Origin: a virus
Lineage: Duplodnaviria > Caudoviricetes
Virus record (IMG/VR): IMGVR_UViG_3300044638_003544
Location: 1 to 61,835 of that record
Strand: one strand, 5' to 3'
Length of the DNA: 61,835 nucleotides
Shown here: positions 1-9,926 of the stretch, in pieces
How the letters are laid out: each line of letters opens with the position of its first letter
Position numbering within the stretch: the stretch's first letter is position 1
Position numbers and translations under genes: made by a program
The notes under the pieces: generated by a model
The model's database searches: none
The model's input: the letters and a program-made list of their open reading frames with translations, nothing else
Told to the model about the DNA's origin: nothing

Positions 1-104
1 GGAGTTGCCTGTTTTTCTATTTCTACTTCTGTTGCTATCTGTACTCTTTTTCTTGTCTTGGGATCTAGCTTTGCTAGAATCTCCTCCATTGCTGTCTCGC
101 TCAT
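1..104 (-). CDS. Probable RecA/UvsX-like recombinase, N-terminus only (truncated by window edge)
   Basis: Manual translation from ATG 104: MSETAMEEILAKLDPKTRKRVQIATEVEIEKQATP..., GGAG upstream. Resembles the N-terminus of actinophage RecA-like proteins as I recall them; the ATPase motifs lie outside the window. Confidence 0.45.
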   Translation of the reverse strand, partial: MSETAMEEILAKLDPKTRKRVQIATEVEIEKQAT

Positions 105-264
105 TAAAGTGCATCTCCAAAATTTCTGCCAGTTTCTTTATCTCTGGGCTTCTCATACTTTCTATTTTCTTAATTATTGAATACATTGTCTCTTCATCAT
201 AACTTCTAATTACCATTAGTAATTCTCCGTCTACGCCTTCTAAAAAGTAACCGCTGATTGACAT
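1..264 (-). CDS. Hypothetical protein (open to window edge)
   Basis: ATG 264, MSISGYFLEGVDGELLMVIRSYDEE..., directly preceded by TGATATAAT extended -10 (278-270). Confidence 0.6.
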   Translation of the reverse strand, partial: MSISGYFLEGVDGELLMVIRSYDEETMYSIIKKIESMRSPEIKKLAEILEMHFNERDSNGGDSSKARSQDKKKSTDSNRSRNRKTGNS

Positions 265-275
265 GTTATATTATA

Positions 276-620
276 TCACCCTAAAACGCCATGCATTTTT
301 GCTCTATGAGTGTTTATTGACATCTTACGCATTAGTGTTTCATCTAAAGAATCTTTTACGTCACCATGCATTCTTAAACCTTCATACAGGTCTAGCACAC
401 GAATAATAACATCTGCTAATTCTTCTACTACTTCATTTGCACCCTTTTGCTTTCTAAGTGCTTCTAAAACTTCTGTTCCTTCTGAATGAATCATAGCAAT
501 CTGTTTTGCAAAAAAGATAAATGGGTCTGCCTTTGGCTCTACATTCTCATACATGTAGTCCCAGAAACCTTTTTCAGTTGCGTTTTTATGAATTTCTTTA
601 GCTAGTTCATCTATGTTCAT
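276..620 (-). CDS. MazG-like NTP pyrophosphohydrolase
   Basis: IHSEGTEVLEALRK...EELADVIIR (ExxE / EELAD motifs). Confidence 0.85.
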   Translation of the reverse strand: MNIDELAKEIHKNATEKGFWDYMYENVEPKADPFIFFAKQIAMIHSEGTEVLEALRKQKGANEVVEELADVIIRVLDLYEGLRMHGDVKDSLDETLMRKMSINTHRAKMHGVLG

Positions 621-3600
621 ACCTTTTCAAACTCCTTAACTGTGGTACTTCCTGATTGTGTTTGTTGTAAAACGGGTTTACATACTTTTCCTGGCTTCAT
701 ATTAATTAAAGAACTAGCATACATGTTTGGAAAGATAACTACTGAGTATAGTTCTTTATCCTTATCTGCCAAAACAGCGTTTGCCATCTTCTGACCAGTT
801 TTTGTTTTGCGTGGCGTAAAGCTAATAGTGTATAGCTCCTTGTCCGCAAGAGTCATTGTCTTTGCTTGAATATACTTAATGAATGGATCATCAGTATTTT
901 TTAAATCTTCTGCTGTTGCATAGGCACCAATTCTATTGTCAGCCACTAGGAAGATATAAATCTTTCCTGGTTCAATAATGGTATCTGCTCTATCAAATAT
1001 GCCAACGCTTCCAGTCTTGTCTACAATCTCAATTCGGCTCCAGCCTTCTCCACGCTTAATGGACTTAACCATTGCAAGGACAAGAAATGAACCTTCTTCT
1101 GAGTAGTCCTCTATGGGCTTTGCATATGCTTCTATCCATCTAGGAATATCACTAGTAAACTCTGGAATGTTTAAGTATTCATAATAGCTTTCTTTTTCAT
1201 ATCCAGTTCTTGGATTATCAATAAAGGCTGCCCCACCAATTTTATTTAAAGCCTCTAAAGCACGACTGTTAATGCCAGACCCTTTTGCAAGAGAATGCTT
1301 TTTAAAAGATTCATAGTCTGCATAAGGTCTTCCAGAAATAATCTTACTTCCAATGTTTTCTGAAATATACTTTACGTTTCCAAGACCAAATCTAATTGCA
1401 TCTCCTTCAAGTGCAAAGTCAATATCAGATTCATTAACGTGTGGCAAACGAATAGTAATGCCAATACGCTTAGCTTCAATTAAGTAGTCTGTGCGTGTTT
1501 CTTTATCTTTTTCATTCTTAAGAAGAGAATACATAAACTCATGTGGGTAGTAACGCTTTAGCCAAGCAGTCCAGTAAGAAAGCATTGAGTAAGCAACAGC
1601 GTGAGACTTATTAAAAGAATATCCAGCGTGTGCTTCAAAGTCGTGCCACAAGGCTTCTGCCTGTTTCTTTTCGATGTGCTTTGATGCTCCAGTAACAAAT
1701 CTTTCCTTGTACTGGTCAAACTCTTTTGCATCCTTTTTCTTACCAATAATTTTGCGAACCTTGTCTGCTTCTGCCATAGACATTCCACCTAGATGAACAC
1801 AGGCTAACATAACTTGTTCCTGATAAAGAATACATCCATAGGTTTCTTTGGTAAAATCTTTAACAATATCGTGAACATATTTTACTGGAGACTTACCCTT
1901 TTTACGCTTAATATATTCTGCACCAATAGTGTTCATTGCACCTGGACGAACCAAAGCATTTGATGCTGCAAGTTCCTCAAAGTTGTATACACCCATCTTT
2001 ACAAGCAGGTTTGTATAAGGAGTTGTTTCTGCTTGAAACACACCTTTAGTGAATCCAGCAGTAAGATCTGCATATACTTCCTTATCGTCCAAAGGTAGAT
2101 TTGTTAGGTCAACAGCCTTGTTTTTTCTCTCTTTGATAATATCTAGAGTATCGTGAATTACTGCTAAAGTTTTTAGACCAAGTGCATCAATTTTAATTAA
2201 ACCAATGTCTGCTGCTTCTTCCATATCTACAGCTACTACTGGAATTCTAGAATCACTTTGTGTGTCCTTGCGAGTTTCCATTGGAGCATACTTCCAAATT
2301 TCATCCTTAGATGCAACAATTCCAGCAGCGTGCATTCCTGTTCCACGAATGCGACCACGAAGTTTTTCTGAATACTTTACAACCTCTGGATATTTTTCAC
2401 GAAACTCTTTTGAAGAAGCACTAGATATAAACTCATCCCATGTTTCAACACCCTTGAGTGCTTTGTTAACTTCTGGAAGTGGAACATGGAATGCTCGTGC
2501 AACATCTCGCACAACACCCTTATCTTTAAATGTTAAAAATGTAGCGATAGATGCAACGTGCTTATATTGCTCAGTAAGATAGTCCTTAACTTCTCCACGC
2601 TTACGATCTTCATAGTCAGTATCAATATCAGGAAAGTCATTTCGCTCTGGATTAATAAAACGAAAGAAAAGCAATCCATACTTAATCGGATCAACTTCGG
2701 TAATTCCTAACGCATAGCAAACCAAAGAACCTGCTGCAGAACCACGACCAGGACCAACCATAATTTCATTATCTTTAGCCCAACCAATCATATTGCCAAC
2801 AACAATAAAGTATGATGAAAAGTTTTTAGACTTAATAATTTCTAGTTCTTCTTGAAGTCTTTCTTCGTACTCTGGGATTCCATTTAGACCACGCTTATCT
2901 AATCCTTCACGAGCAAGTTTTTCTAACTGGCTATCTGGATTGTTGTACTCTGCAGGAAGCAAGTCTAAGTTTTGTTTATACTCATAAGAGCCAATCTTAT
3001 CGGATATCTCTACGGAGTTTTCATATAAATCATCACGATCAATACCTTGGTCTAGCATTAACTGCTTAACGTCTTTGTGTCCCATAAGAAAGATTTCTAA
3101 ATCTTTGAATGACATCATGCGATCACCATATAGGTAATCTAAGCGTTCCATCATATCTTTAATCTTCTTGGACCCCTCAAAGGTTGAGCCCTTTTGAACA
3201 TTTGGATGTGTGCCAAGAATAAGCATGATTTCTTCTGCTACACGATCTTCAGGAGATGCGTAGTGGCAATCTAAGGTTACTGTACTCTTAATGCCCATCT
3301 CATCTGCTAGATTAAGCATTGCCATATTAAGTTCTACTGGATTGTGTGGCTGAAGCTCCATGTAAAAATCATCTTTGAATACTTGCTTAAACCAATCAGT
3401 GTGTTTCCTTGCAAGATCCATATTATTGTTTTGAATTGCCTTAGCAATTATTCCATTCATGCAACCAGAAACAATTACTAGGTCTGAAGAGTGTTGTCCT
3501 AAAACATCAAAGTCAATTCTAGGCTTCATAAAGAATCCATCATTCCAACCAATTTCAGATAGCTTAGAAAGGTTCTGCAATCCCTTTTCGTTTTTTGCTA

Positions 3601-3880
3601 AAACAATTAAGTGGTTATAAATTTGACCGTCTTCTCCACGATCCTTTTTAGCTCTCTTATCTAGACGATCATCTGTGAAGTATGCTTCTAGCCCAAGAAT
3701 AGGTTTTACGTTTGTTTCTTTTGCAGCATTAAGAAAGTCACGGTGTCCACTAAGGGTTCCGTGATCTGTAATTGAAAGAGCTGTCATTCCAACTTCTTCT
3801 GCTCTTTTAAGAAGCTCAGTTGGTGACGAGAATCCGTCCAATAAACTATAGTAAGAATGTGAATGATGATTATGATACAT
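617..3880 (-). CDS. dnaE: DNA polymerase III alpha subunit
   Basis: PHP domain (HNHHSHSYYSLLDG, ITDHG, GLEAY), GPGRGSAAGS, FPDIDTD, KIDALGL, YSFNKSHAVAY, OB-fold C-terminus. Confidence 0.97.
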   Translation of the reverse strand: MYHNHHSHSYYSLLDGFSSPTELLKRAEEVGMTALSITDHGTLSGHRDFLNAAKETNVKPILGLEAYFTDDRLDKRAKKDRGEDGQIYNHLIVLAKNEKGLQNLSKLSEIGWNDGFFMKPRIDFDVLGQHSSDLVIVSGCMNGIIAKAIQNNNMDLARKHTDWFKQVFKDDFYMELQPHNPVELNMAMLNLADEMGIKSTVTLDCHYASPEDRVAEEIMLILGTHPNVQKGSTFEGSKKIKDMMERLDYLYGDRMMSFKDLEIFLMGHKDVKQLMLDQGIDRDDLYENSVEISDKIGSYEYKQNLDLLPAEYNNPDSQLEKLAREGLDKRGLNGIPEYEERLQEELEIIKSKNFSSYFIVVGNMIGWAKDNEIMVGPGRGSAAGSLVCYALGITEVDPIKYGLLFFRFINPERNDFPDIDTDYEDRKRGEVKDYLTEQYKHVASIATFLTFKDKGVVRDVARAFHVPLPEVNKALKGVETWDEFISSASSKEFREKYPEVVKYSEKLRGRIRGTGMHAAGIVASKDEIWKYAPMETRKDTQSDSRIPVVAVDMEEAADIGLIKIDALGLKTLAVIHDTLDIIKERKNKAVDLTNLPLDDKEVYADLTAGFTKGVFQAETTPYTNLLVKMGVYNFEELAASNALVRPGAMNTIGAEYIKRKKGKSPVKYVHDIVKDFTKETYGCILYQEQVMLACVHLGGMSMAEADKVRKIIGKKKDAKEFDQYKERFVTGASKHIEKKQAEALWHDFEAHAGYSFNKSHAVAYSMLSYWTAWLKRYYPHEFMYSLLKNEKDKETRTDYLIEAKRIGITIRLPHVNESDIDFALEGDAIRFGLGNVKYISENIGSKIISGRPYADYESFKKHSLAKGSGINSRALEALNKIGGAAFIDNPRTGYEKESYYEYLNIPEFTSDIPRWIEAYAKPIEDYSEEGSFLVLAMVKSIKRGEGWSRIEIVDKTGSVGIFDRADTIIEPGKIYIFLVADNRIGAYATAEDLKNTDDPFIKYIQAKTMTLADKELYTISFTPRKTKTGQKMANAVLADKDKELYSVVIFPNMYASSLINMKPGKVCKPVLQQTQSGSTTVKEFEKV

Positions 3881-3895
3881 AAAACTCCAATGATA

Positions 3896-3938
3896 TGGGG
3901 GCGATAGTAGTATACACCATCGCCCCCAAGGTTGTCAA
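3896..3938 (-). promoter_or_regulatory. SigA-type promoter for dnaE embedded in a GC-rich inverted repeat
   Basis: TTGACA (3938-3933)-18 nt-TATACT (3914-3909); arms TGGGGGCGAT 3896-3905 / ATCGCCCCCA 3919-3928. Confidence 0.65.
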
Positions 3939-3941
3939 CTT

Positions 3942-4598
3942 CTACCAGTCTGCTGAGGTAGTTGTTGTTACATCTGTATCAAGACCCATGAAGAATGATT
4001 CTTGATCTGGATAGGTGACGTGACGAGTTGCTGTCTTTTCAAGATCATATAACTCTACGCCATCCCATGAGAATGATGTGTCATCTGTTGCCAGAGGAAA
4101 TAAAGAATAGCTGGTCTGTGTTCCAGTACCAGTACGCTTTAAACGCCACATAACATTTGTAATTGATCCAGCATCACCTGCATATTCGATGATGGTTGTA
4201 GTCGTTGGAGACTTTGGACCAACTCCTTGAGACCAAATAGCAACGTATGGATCTTCTGTGCTGTCGTCAACCATTACGTTTGTGTAATAGCGTAGACGAG
4301 CTTTCCATCCTGCCTTTGGATCACGGCGGTGCATCTCACAACCAAAGCAACGACCCTCTTCTTCAAGAGTACAAGCAGCCTTACGGCGGTAATCCTTTGG
4401 GTTTGTGTGTTCTGCTACAACAATTGCAAGACCATTTTCTGCGTTGTAGCTCTTTGAGTCTGCATCTACTTCGTTAAGAAAACGAATCTTGATGCTCTGT
4501 CCATCATCTAACTTCAACCAACGGGCTTTAGGACCATCATGTCCCTTTGGTTTGTCGATTAGGCTTTTAATGTTAGCCAATCCAGTAATACTTGCCAT
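3942..4598 (-). CDS. Single-stranded DNA-binding protein (gp32-like, Zn-binding)
   Basis: WLKLDDGQSIKIRFL, H...C-x7-CxxC, acidic/aromatic C-terminus (..TTSADW), located between primase and dnaE. Confidence 0.8.
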   Translation of the reverse strand: MASITGLANIKSLIDKPKGHDGPKARWLKLDDGQSIKIRFLNEVDADSKSYNAENGLAIVVAEHTNPKDYRRKAACTLEEEGRCFGCEMHRRDPKAGWKARLRYYTNVMVDDSTEDPYVAIWSQGVGPKSPTTTTIIEYAGDAGSITNVMWRLKRTGTGTQTSYSLFPLATDDTSFSWDGVELYDLEKTATRHVTYPDQESFFMGLDTDVTTTTSADW

Positions 4599-4645
4599 AA
4601 TATATTTCTCCTAATATTCGGTTCTATACAGGAACCTGTTTAACA

Positions 4646-4674
4646 ATTGTATCAGAATGACAAAGCAATGTCAA
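4646..4674 (-). promoter_or_regulatory. SigA-type promoter for ssb
   Basis: TTGACA (4674-4669)-17 nt-TACAAT (4651-4646) with extended TG; the -35 lies within a TGACA-N6-TGTCA inverted repeat. Confidence 0.7.
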
Positions 4675-5605
4675 ATGACGCAACGGACTTAAATGCCTCA
4701 AGGATTTGTTTGTCTGTCATGTCACCAATATCTTTTATTCCGTCTGGAAAACTAATTTTAGTGATGTGCTTTTCCTTAAGACTGTTGTAAAGTTTTCTTT
4801 CTAGTTCCATTCCTGCCTGGTCTTGATCGGATGCAAGGATGATTCCAGTTGAATACTTACGCAACAACTCTATTTGATTCTTCCCAAGAGTAGCACCAAG
4901 AGTTGCTACTGCAGGAATATTTAATTGCCACAACCTAATAACATCAAAGGATGATTCTACAATAGCAATGTTTTTATACTTAACATTATTTAGGTTAAAT
5001 AAAACTTTATTTCTTGGAAGTCCAGTAGAATTTTTAAAAGACTTACCTTCAATAGACCTGCCAACAAAACCAACACAAACATTTGTATGAGAATAAACTG
5101 GGACAGTTACCATCTGTTGCTTTTCTGAATATCCAAGTTTAAAATTCTTAATAGCATCTAATTCTATTTGTCTTGTTTTGTAGTAGTCTAATCCTTCTTG
5201 CGTTTCCAAAAGAGTGTTGTGTAACTTGCGTACAAGTACAGGATCAAATTCTTCAAATTCTTCTTTGGGCTCAATTGATTTTTCTATCCTTTCTGAAAAG
5301 TCTATACTTTTTGCTGCAGAAGAAATTATTCTAGCAGCTTCAAAATATGTTTTATTTGCTGACCTCATTATTAAATCTAACAGTGTTCCGTTTTCTCCAC
5401 AAGAGAAACAGTAAAATAATCCTTTTTCTTTATCTACTTCACAGGCTGGGGTGTTGATGTTATAGTGAAAGGGGCAATAAACTAAAAAATGAGTGTCTAA
5501 CTCTGTTCCAGTTGAGATTCCACAGAGGCTGAGGATTTCTGAGATTTGATCTGAGTCGTAGATATCATGGGTAGGAGCTTGTTTCCTACCACTCCCTTGA
5601 AACAT
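4652..5605 (-). CDS. dnaG: DNA primase (CHC2 Zn finger + TOPRIM)
   Basis: CPFH...FYCFSC; IVESSFDVIRL; ASDQDQAG; KDIGD. Confidence 0.92.
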   Translation of the reverse strand: MFQGSGRKQAPTHDIYDSDQISEILSLCGISTGTELDTHFLVYCPFHYNINTPACEVDKEKGLFYCFSCGENGTLLDLIMRSANKTYFEAARIISSAAKSIDFSERIEKSIEPKEEFEEFDPVLVRKLHNTLLETQEGLDYYKTRQIELDAIKNFKLGYSEKQQMVTVPVYSHTNVCVGFVGRSIEGKSFKNSTGLPRNKVLFNLNNVKYKNIAIVESSFDVIRLWQLNIPAVATLGATLGKNQIELLRKYSTGIILASDQDQAGMELERKLYNSLKEKHITKISFPDGIKDIGDMTDKQILEAFKSVASFDIALSF

Positions 5606-5847
5606 TGTGCCTTAGCCTTTCCTATATATACGCCATAAGTTGTTATTTTAAAATCGAATGAATGACCATTATAGCTTACTGAGAAGCAGGTGTCAAGATC
5701 TAAGTGGGGAACATACCCCTTTAACCTCATATAATGGTCCATTATTATAGAATATTCAATTTTTAATCGCATAATGTGGGATTCATCGTAGATTTGACCA
5801 TCTAAACTAAAATCCTTAATTTTCTTATGCGATATTAAGTTGTTCAC
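5497..5847 (-). CDS. Hypothetical protein
   Basis: 116-aa ORF, GTG start 6 nt after TATAAT (5859-5854); overlaps the primase 5' end. Confidence 0.65.
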   Translation of the reverse strand: MNNLISHKKIKDFSLDGQIYDESHIMRLKIEYSIIMDHYMRLKGYVPHLDLDTCFSVSYNGHSFDFKITTYGVYIGKAKAQCFKGVVGNKLLPMISTTQIKSQKSSASVESQLEQS

Positions 5848-5867
5848 ATAACTATTATATTATGATA

Positions 5868-7097
5868 TTAAGTATCAATTGGGTCAAAAACCTCTTGAAA
5901 CTTGCCTTTATCAAAATCAACCATCATGATAAAGTCACCCAAAAACCCATGCCTATTCTTTCTAAAGGCACATTCTAGGGCATCAGAGTTTTGTTTCCTA
6001 CCCATAGCAAGAACCCAGTCAGCATCGTAGGCAATTTGTCTAGACCATGCTACTTGTCCTAACTGTGGCACAGACTCCAAATCTGAGGAATCTCCAGGCG
6101 TAGCAGAGGCAATAGCAATGACTGGCACCTGTTCTGAGATAGCCAATAATTTAAGCTCTCTAGATAGATTCTTAATTTTAACAGTCTCATTTTGATGAGA
6201 TGCTGCATTGTCTGTCATAAGTTGTAAGTAGTCAATAATAACCATATCTGGCTTGTATTGATCAATCTTGGCTCTAATGACATTTGGATTAACTTCGCTT
6301 CCACCATCGTTAGATATAATCTTAAACGGTTGCTTACCCTCTAGATATTCTTTAGCCCATTCTTTAAACTCTTGATCATTTACACGACCAGCACTCATAT
6401 ATCTATGAGACCATCTGCCATCACCAATAATAGTTAAAATTCTATTTCTAACCTCTTGCTCAGTCATTTCTAGAGAAAGAATCAGAGGTACCTTTCCATG
6501 CTTCCAAGCTTGTACTGCTAGATACAAAGCTAACCAAGACTTACCAATTGCAGGGTAGGCTAATAGGACCCCAAGTTGTCCCTTTGAGATACCCATAGGC
6601 AAACAAACATCAAATGAAGCAATTCCAGTTTTTACACCAACATCACCATTCATAGATTCTTGTCTTGTCTTTTCAAAGTAACTAACTGCATCTTCAACGT
6701 CTGTTACGTCTAGGTCTCTAACCTTTGCCGTAATTCTTGAAAGACTTGCAATATCTTTTGTTAAGGATGTTAATGCTTTTGAAGACTCATTGCCTTGAAG
6801 TAACTGTGCAGCCTTCTTTACTGAACCACGAAGAGTTTCATCTAAGTATGTTTCTTTTAATCTATTTACTGCATATACAGTTGGACTTGTTGTTACAACT
6901 GGGTCAAAGTCTTTAAACCTATCTACAATAATAGATATGTCTGGAACCTGGCGTGTTTCATTGTAGTAGTCTTTTGTAAAGTCCCAAATGTCTCCACAGT
7001 TTAATAGCAGATTTTCTACATTGTTTTCAAATAGGACATGTATATCTTTATTCTTACAAAGTGCAGTAATTACCTCTGCCTCTTCACGCATTCCCAT
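5868..7097 (-). CDS. dnaB: Replicative DNA helicase, DnaB-like
   Basis: Walker A AYPAIGKS, LSLEMT, IIDYLQLM, SRELKLLA, DADWV, KNRHG. Confidence 0.93.
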   Translation of the reverse strand: MGMREEAEVITALCKNKDIHVLFENNVENLLLNCGDIWDFTKDYYNETRQVPDISIIVDRFKDFDPVVTTSPTVYAVNRLKETYLDETLRGSVKKAAQLLQGNESSKALTSLTKDIASLSRITAKVRDLDVTDVEDAVSYFEKTRQESMNGDVGVKTGIASFDVCLPMGISKGQLGVLLAYPAIGKSWLALYLAVQAWKHGKVPLILSLEMTEQEVRNRILTIIGDGRWSHRYMSAGRVNDQEFKEWAKEYLEGKQPFKIISNDGGSEVNPNVIRAKIDQYKPDMVIIDYLQLMTDNAASHQNETVKIKNLSRELKLLAISEQVPVIAIASATPGDSSDLESVPQLGQVAWSRQIAYDADWVLAMGRKQNSDALECAFRKNRHGFLGDFIMMVDFDKGKFQEVFDPIDT

Positions 7098-7467
7098 TTA
7101 ACCACTCCTGCCTAATCTTTGCTAATTCTTTTCTGCGTTCTAGTCTAATAGCTTTATCTTTAATGTCTGCATCATATGCTTCTAATATCTCATAAAAGTT
7201 TTTTAGCATCCATTCTATTGGATGTCCAGCTTTTGATGTAGTAAAGTAATACTCAACCACACTTTTTACTTTTTCGTAGTCTTCAAACTCATTAAGAACT
7301 TCTAAAGCAATATATTTATACTTGTGTAAATTTACATTTATTTTTGTGTTATATTTTTCTTCATAACACTTTTTGTAGTGACCAACTAAACCAAAAGCTC
7401 TACCATCATAGGTTCCGTTTCCCGTGTTGGCTTTCTCAACTAGCTCTGGAGTTAATCGCTGAATCAC
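7084..7467 (-). CDS. Hypothetical protein (possible helicase partner)
   Basis: 127-aa ORF overlapping the dnaB start; function suggested by position only. Confidence 0.6.
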   Translation of the reverse strand: MIQRLTPELVEKANTGNGTYDGRAFGLVGHYKKCYEEKYNTKINVNLHKYKYIALEVLNEFEDYEKVKSVVEYYFTTSKAGHPIEWMLKNFYEILEAYDADIKDKAIRLERRKELAKIRQEWLNGNA

Positions 7468-7682
7468 TTCTTAAGATCCTCTTCAATTTCTTTTACTTTT
7501 TCCATTAACTTATTTTCAACATAAGTATACACTCTATCCATAGCGATGTCAACATTAGTTTCTGTATCCCTAACGTAGTCCTCTACTCCAAGTTCAATAT
7601 GGATACTTTCGTAGTTACCTAGATTTCTTACGAACTTTAGGGCGACTCTTACTTTGGTCGTCTCTTTTTCCACCGAGCTCAT
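7464..7682 (-). CDS. Hypothetical protein
   Basis: 72 aa, contains RNLGNYESIHIELG; GAGGT RBS upstream. Confidence 0.7.
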   Translation of the reverse strand: MSSVEKETTKVRVALKFVRNLGNYESIHIELGVEDYVRDTETNVDIAMDRVYTYVENKLMEKVKEIEEDLKK

Positions 7683-7935
7683 TTTTTAACACCTCAATTT
7701 CTTCTTCTGTTGCAGGTGCAACAAATCCCATAGTACCATAACCGTCCGACATTTCGTCAGAGAGCAATCTTGATAAAGTCAGCCATCTTTCTGCAATGCC
7801 AACCAACGCATCTACATCTTTATTAAATTCCGCAATCTGCTGTGCAGCAACAAGGTTTAATGCTCCAGCCAATATTGCAGACTCTTCATTTAGTTCGTCT
7901 CCAACTAAATATTTTAATTTTTTGTTTAGTCCCAT
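7615..7935 (-). CDS. Hypothetical protein
   Basis: Start moved to ATG 7935 (TAATG coupling with the upstream stop). Confidence 0.65.
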   Translation of the reverse strand: MGLNKKLKYLVGDELNEESAILAGALNLVAAQQIAEFNKDVDALVGIAERWLTLSRLLSDEMSDGYGTMGFVAPATEEEIEVLKNELGGKRDDQSKSRPKVRKKSR

Positions 7936-8465
7936 TAAAACTCTTCTGCTCTCCAAACGGGAATAAACTCTCCGTTTTTATTTTTTATATATAGCATTTC
8001 CTTGTTTCCAAGCAAAGCGTCTAACTCATCTTTTGTAGGAACATTGTGCGAAACAACAATTCCATCTTTTCTTGGTCTACCCCTATGAACGTTTGCAAAA
8101 AACTCTCTTAGCTCATGTATATTTTCTTCAGTAAACCAATAGCTACCAGACTGACCATTTTTAACTAAAAGAGGTTTAGATACTTGATTGGTCCAAATTG
8201 CTCTTCTTATTCTATCTGGGTGCCTATTTAAAAACTTAGAAGCTTTACCTATTCTATAGGCAGACTTTCTAAATTTTTTAAAATCTGAATAAAGAAACTT
8301 TTTTACTTCTTTTGTCTCAAGATCGTAAAGGTGGCATATGTTAGAGGATCTATCTGCTTTAATTACTCGATATAGGTTATCGTTTAAAAAGTAAATCCTA
8401 GTCTTACTGCTAACTACGCCACGCTTGATTTCTTTAGATATGCCTTTTCCATATTCCAAAGCCAT
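7935..8465 (-). CDS. HTH DNA-binding protein with AT-hook-like motif
   Basis: YRIGKASKFLNRHPDRIRRAI (MerR/Xis-like HTH) followed by HRGRPRKD. Confidence 0.65.
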   Translation of the reverse strand: MALEYGKGISKEIKRGVVSSKTRIYFLNDNLYRVIKADRSSNICHLYDLETKEVKKFLYSDFKKFRKSAYRIGKASKFLNRHPDRIRRAIWTNQVSKPLLVKNGQSGSYWFTEENIHELREFFANVHRGRPRKDGIVVSHNVPTKDELDALLGNKEMLYIKNKNGEFIPVWRAEEF

Positions 8466-8608
8466 ACTGCGAATGCACCTCTATTTTCTGGATGATTATA
8501 AATCCATCTCTTACCACATGAAAAACAAAATAGTTCTACATGGTTTTCCATAAACAAAACTCTATCTGAAAGAACTCTGCCTCCACATTTATCACACACA
8601 AGGTACAT
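8414..8608 (-). CDS. Small Zn-ribbon protein
   Basis: CDKCGG...CFSCG; start moved to ATG 8608, just past the upstream stop. Confidence 0.7.
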   Translation of the reverse strand: MYLVCDKCGGRVLSDRVLFMENHVELFCFSCGKRWIYNHPENRGAFAVWLWNMEKAYLKKSSVA

Positions 8609-8609
8609 G

Positions 8610-9419
8610 TTATACCTGGAATTTCTTTCCGTCAACAACGCATGTGTAGTCTGGGGAAACGTGCACTAATTGAATATGTGGATAAACACCGTTTTCAATA
8701 TGGGCAATTGCAAAAGCCTTTTGCCAATTATGATTATTTGTGTACATCATTCCAGTGGATTTTTCATCACACATATGACCAATTTCATACCCACGAAGAG
8801 TCTCACCTAGACCCTTATTGCGAAGCTCGTATGTATTAAAATATACACCTGCACGATGTGAGTGACCACGAATAAGAGATACACCAAAGTTGTCAACATC
8901 TTTACGAACTGACTCACCTGCGTTTTGTGAAATGGCATTACCATGATGAACGTGAATATCACCAAAGCGATGTGCAGGTGGTTGATTGTAATAGATGTAG
9001 TCGTATCCTAAACTATCTAGATTCCACAGTGCTTCTGGAGTTGTAGCTTCAATGTAGTCTGGGAGCTTTGCATCCACATAATCAAACACACGAATGTCGT
9101 GGTTTCCAAGAGCAGAAAACAGTTGAGCACTTTTAGCAATCTTTCTAGTCTTAGTATAAAAATCTCTTGCTAGTTTTGCTTCATGCTTCATAAGGGGAAC
9201 GATAGCGTTACCGTTGTCGTCCTTATGCATCTTTAAAAACTCTGCTGAGCGTCCTTCTGTGTACTTGCTATAGCAAGCCTGATCGTCTGTGTCACCTAAG
9301 TAATCAATAACATCTGGCTTAAACCATCTCATAACCTTAAACCATAGTTCAATCATTTTGTCATCTTGGTATGGGAATTGCTGGTCAGAGGATAGCATCC
9401 ACTTTAAATCGTTCGTCAT
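8610..9419 (-). CDS. Calcineurin-like metallophosphoesterase
   Basis: SDQQ, LGDTDD, GNHD, HHG, GHSH motifs. Confidence 0.88.
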   Translation of the reverse strand: MTNDLKWMLSSDQQFPYQDDKMIELWFKVMRWFKPDVIDYLGDTDDQACYSKYTEGRSAEFLKMHKDDNGNAIVPLMKHEAKLARDFYTKTRKIAKSAQLFSALGNHDIRVFDYVDAKLPDYIEATTPEALWNLDSLGYDYIYYNQPPAHRFGDIHVHHGNAISQNAGESVRKDVDNFGVSLIRGHSHRAGVYFNTYELRNKGLGETLRGYEIGHMCDEKSTGMMYTNNHNWQKAFAIAHIENGVYPHIQLVHVSPDYTCVVDGKKFQV

Positions 9420-9431
9420 TTTAATCCTTTG

Positions 9432-9926
9432 TTATGCTGCGGACTTAGATCTTTGTCTACATAGCTTAGAGCAAAACTTATAATGCTTTTCAGCTTCCAC
9501 AGGTACAGTGTATATATTGTAGCAGTAACCACAAATTTTTTCAAGTACATTCTGTACCCTACACTGCGAGTTACATTTTTTTCTTTTTTTAATTATGCTT
9601 GGTGGTCCGTAAAAGGTTTTATTGCAACCTTCACATTTTTTAGAAATCCAGTTATCTTTTAGTTTATAAAAAGAAACAGTCTTCATTCCATGTGCTTTAT
9701 CATGTTCTGATCTAGTACAGACAAAAAGATTTTCCTCACGATTATCAGTTTTTATTTGATTTATATGGTGAACTGATTCGTGAGGTTTTAATCTTCTATT
9801 TATTTTATTTTCAGAAACAATTATATGTTCCCAGTACCATCCATCTTTCATGGCTTTTGGATGCCTTGGATTTTTTACCAAGACATATCCATTTAGTATT
9901 TTACGATGATCGTTTTCCAATTGCAA
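9432..9926 (-). CDS. HNH endonuclease (probable free-standing homing endonuclease)
   Basis: EH...VHHINQIKTDNREENL...EHDKAH; C-terminal CxxC / CSxxC repeats. Confidence 0.85.
   Translation of the reverse strand: MQLENDHRKILNGYVLVKNPRHPKAMKDGWYWEHIIVSENKINRRLKPHESVHHINQIKTDNREENLFVCTRSEHDKAHGMKTVSFYKLKDNWISKKCEGCNKTFYGPPSIIKKRKKCNSQCRVQNVLEKICGYCYNIYTVPVEAEKHYKFCSKLCRQRSKSAA

Noticed and set aside
8677-8685. Isolated perfect DnaA box (TGTGGATAA)
   Set aside because: A single copy inside coding sequence; compatible with chance.
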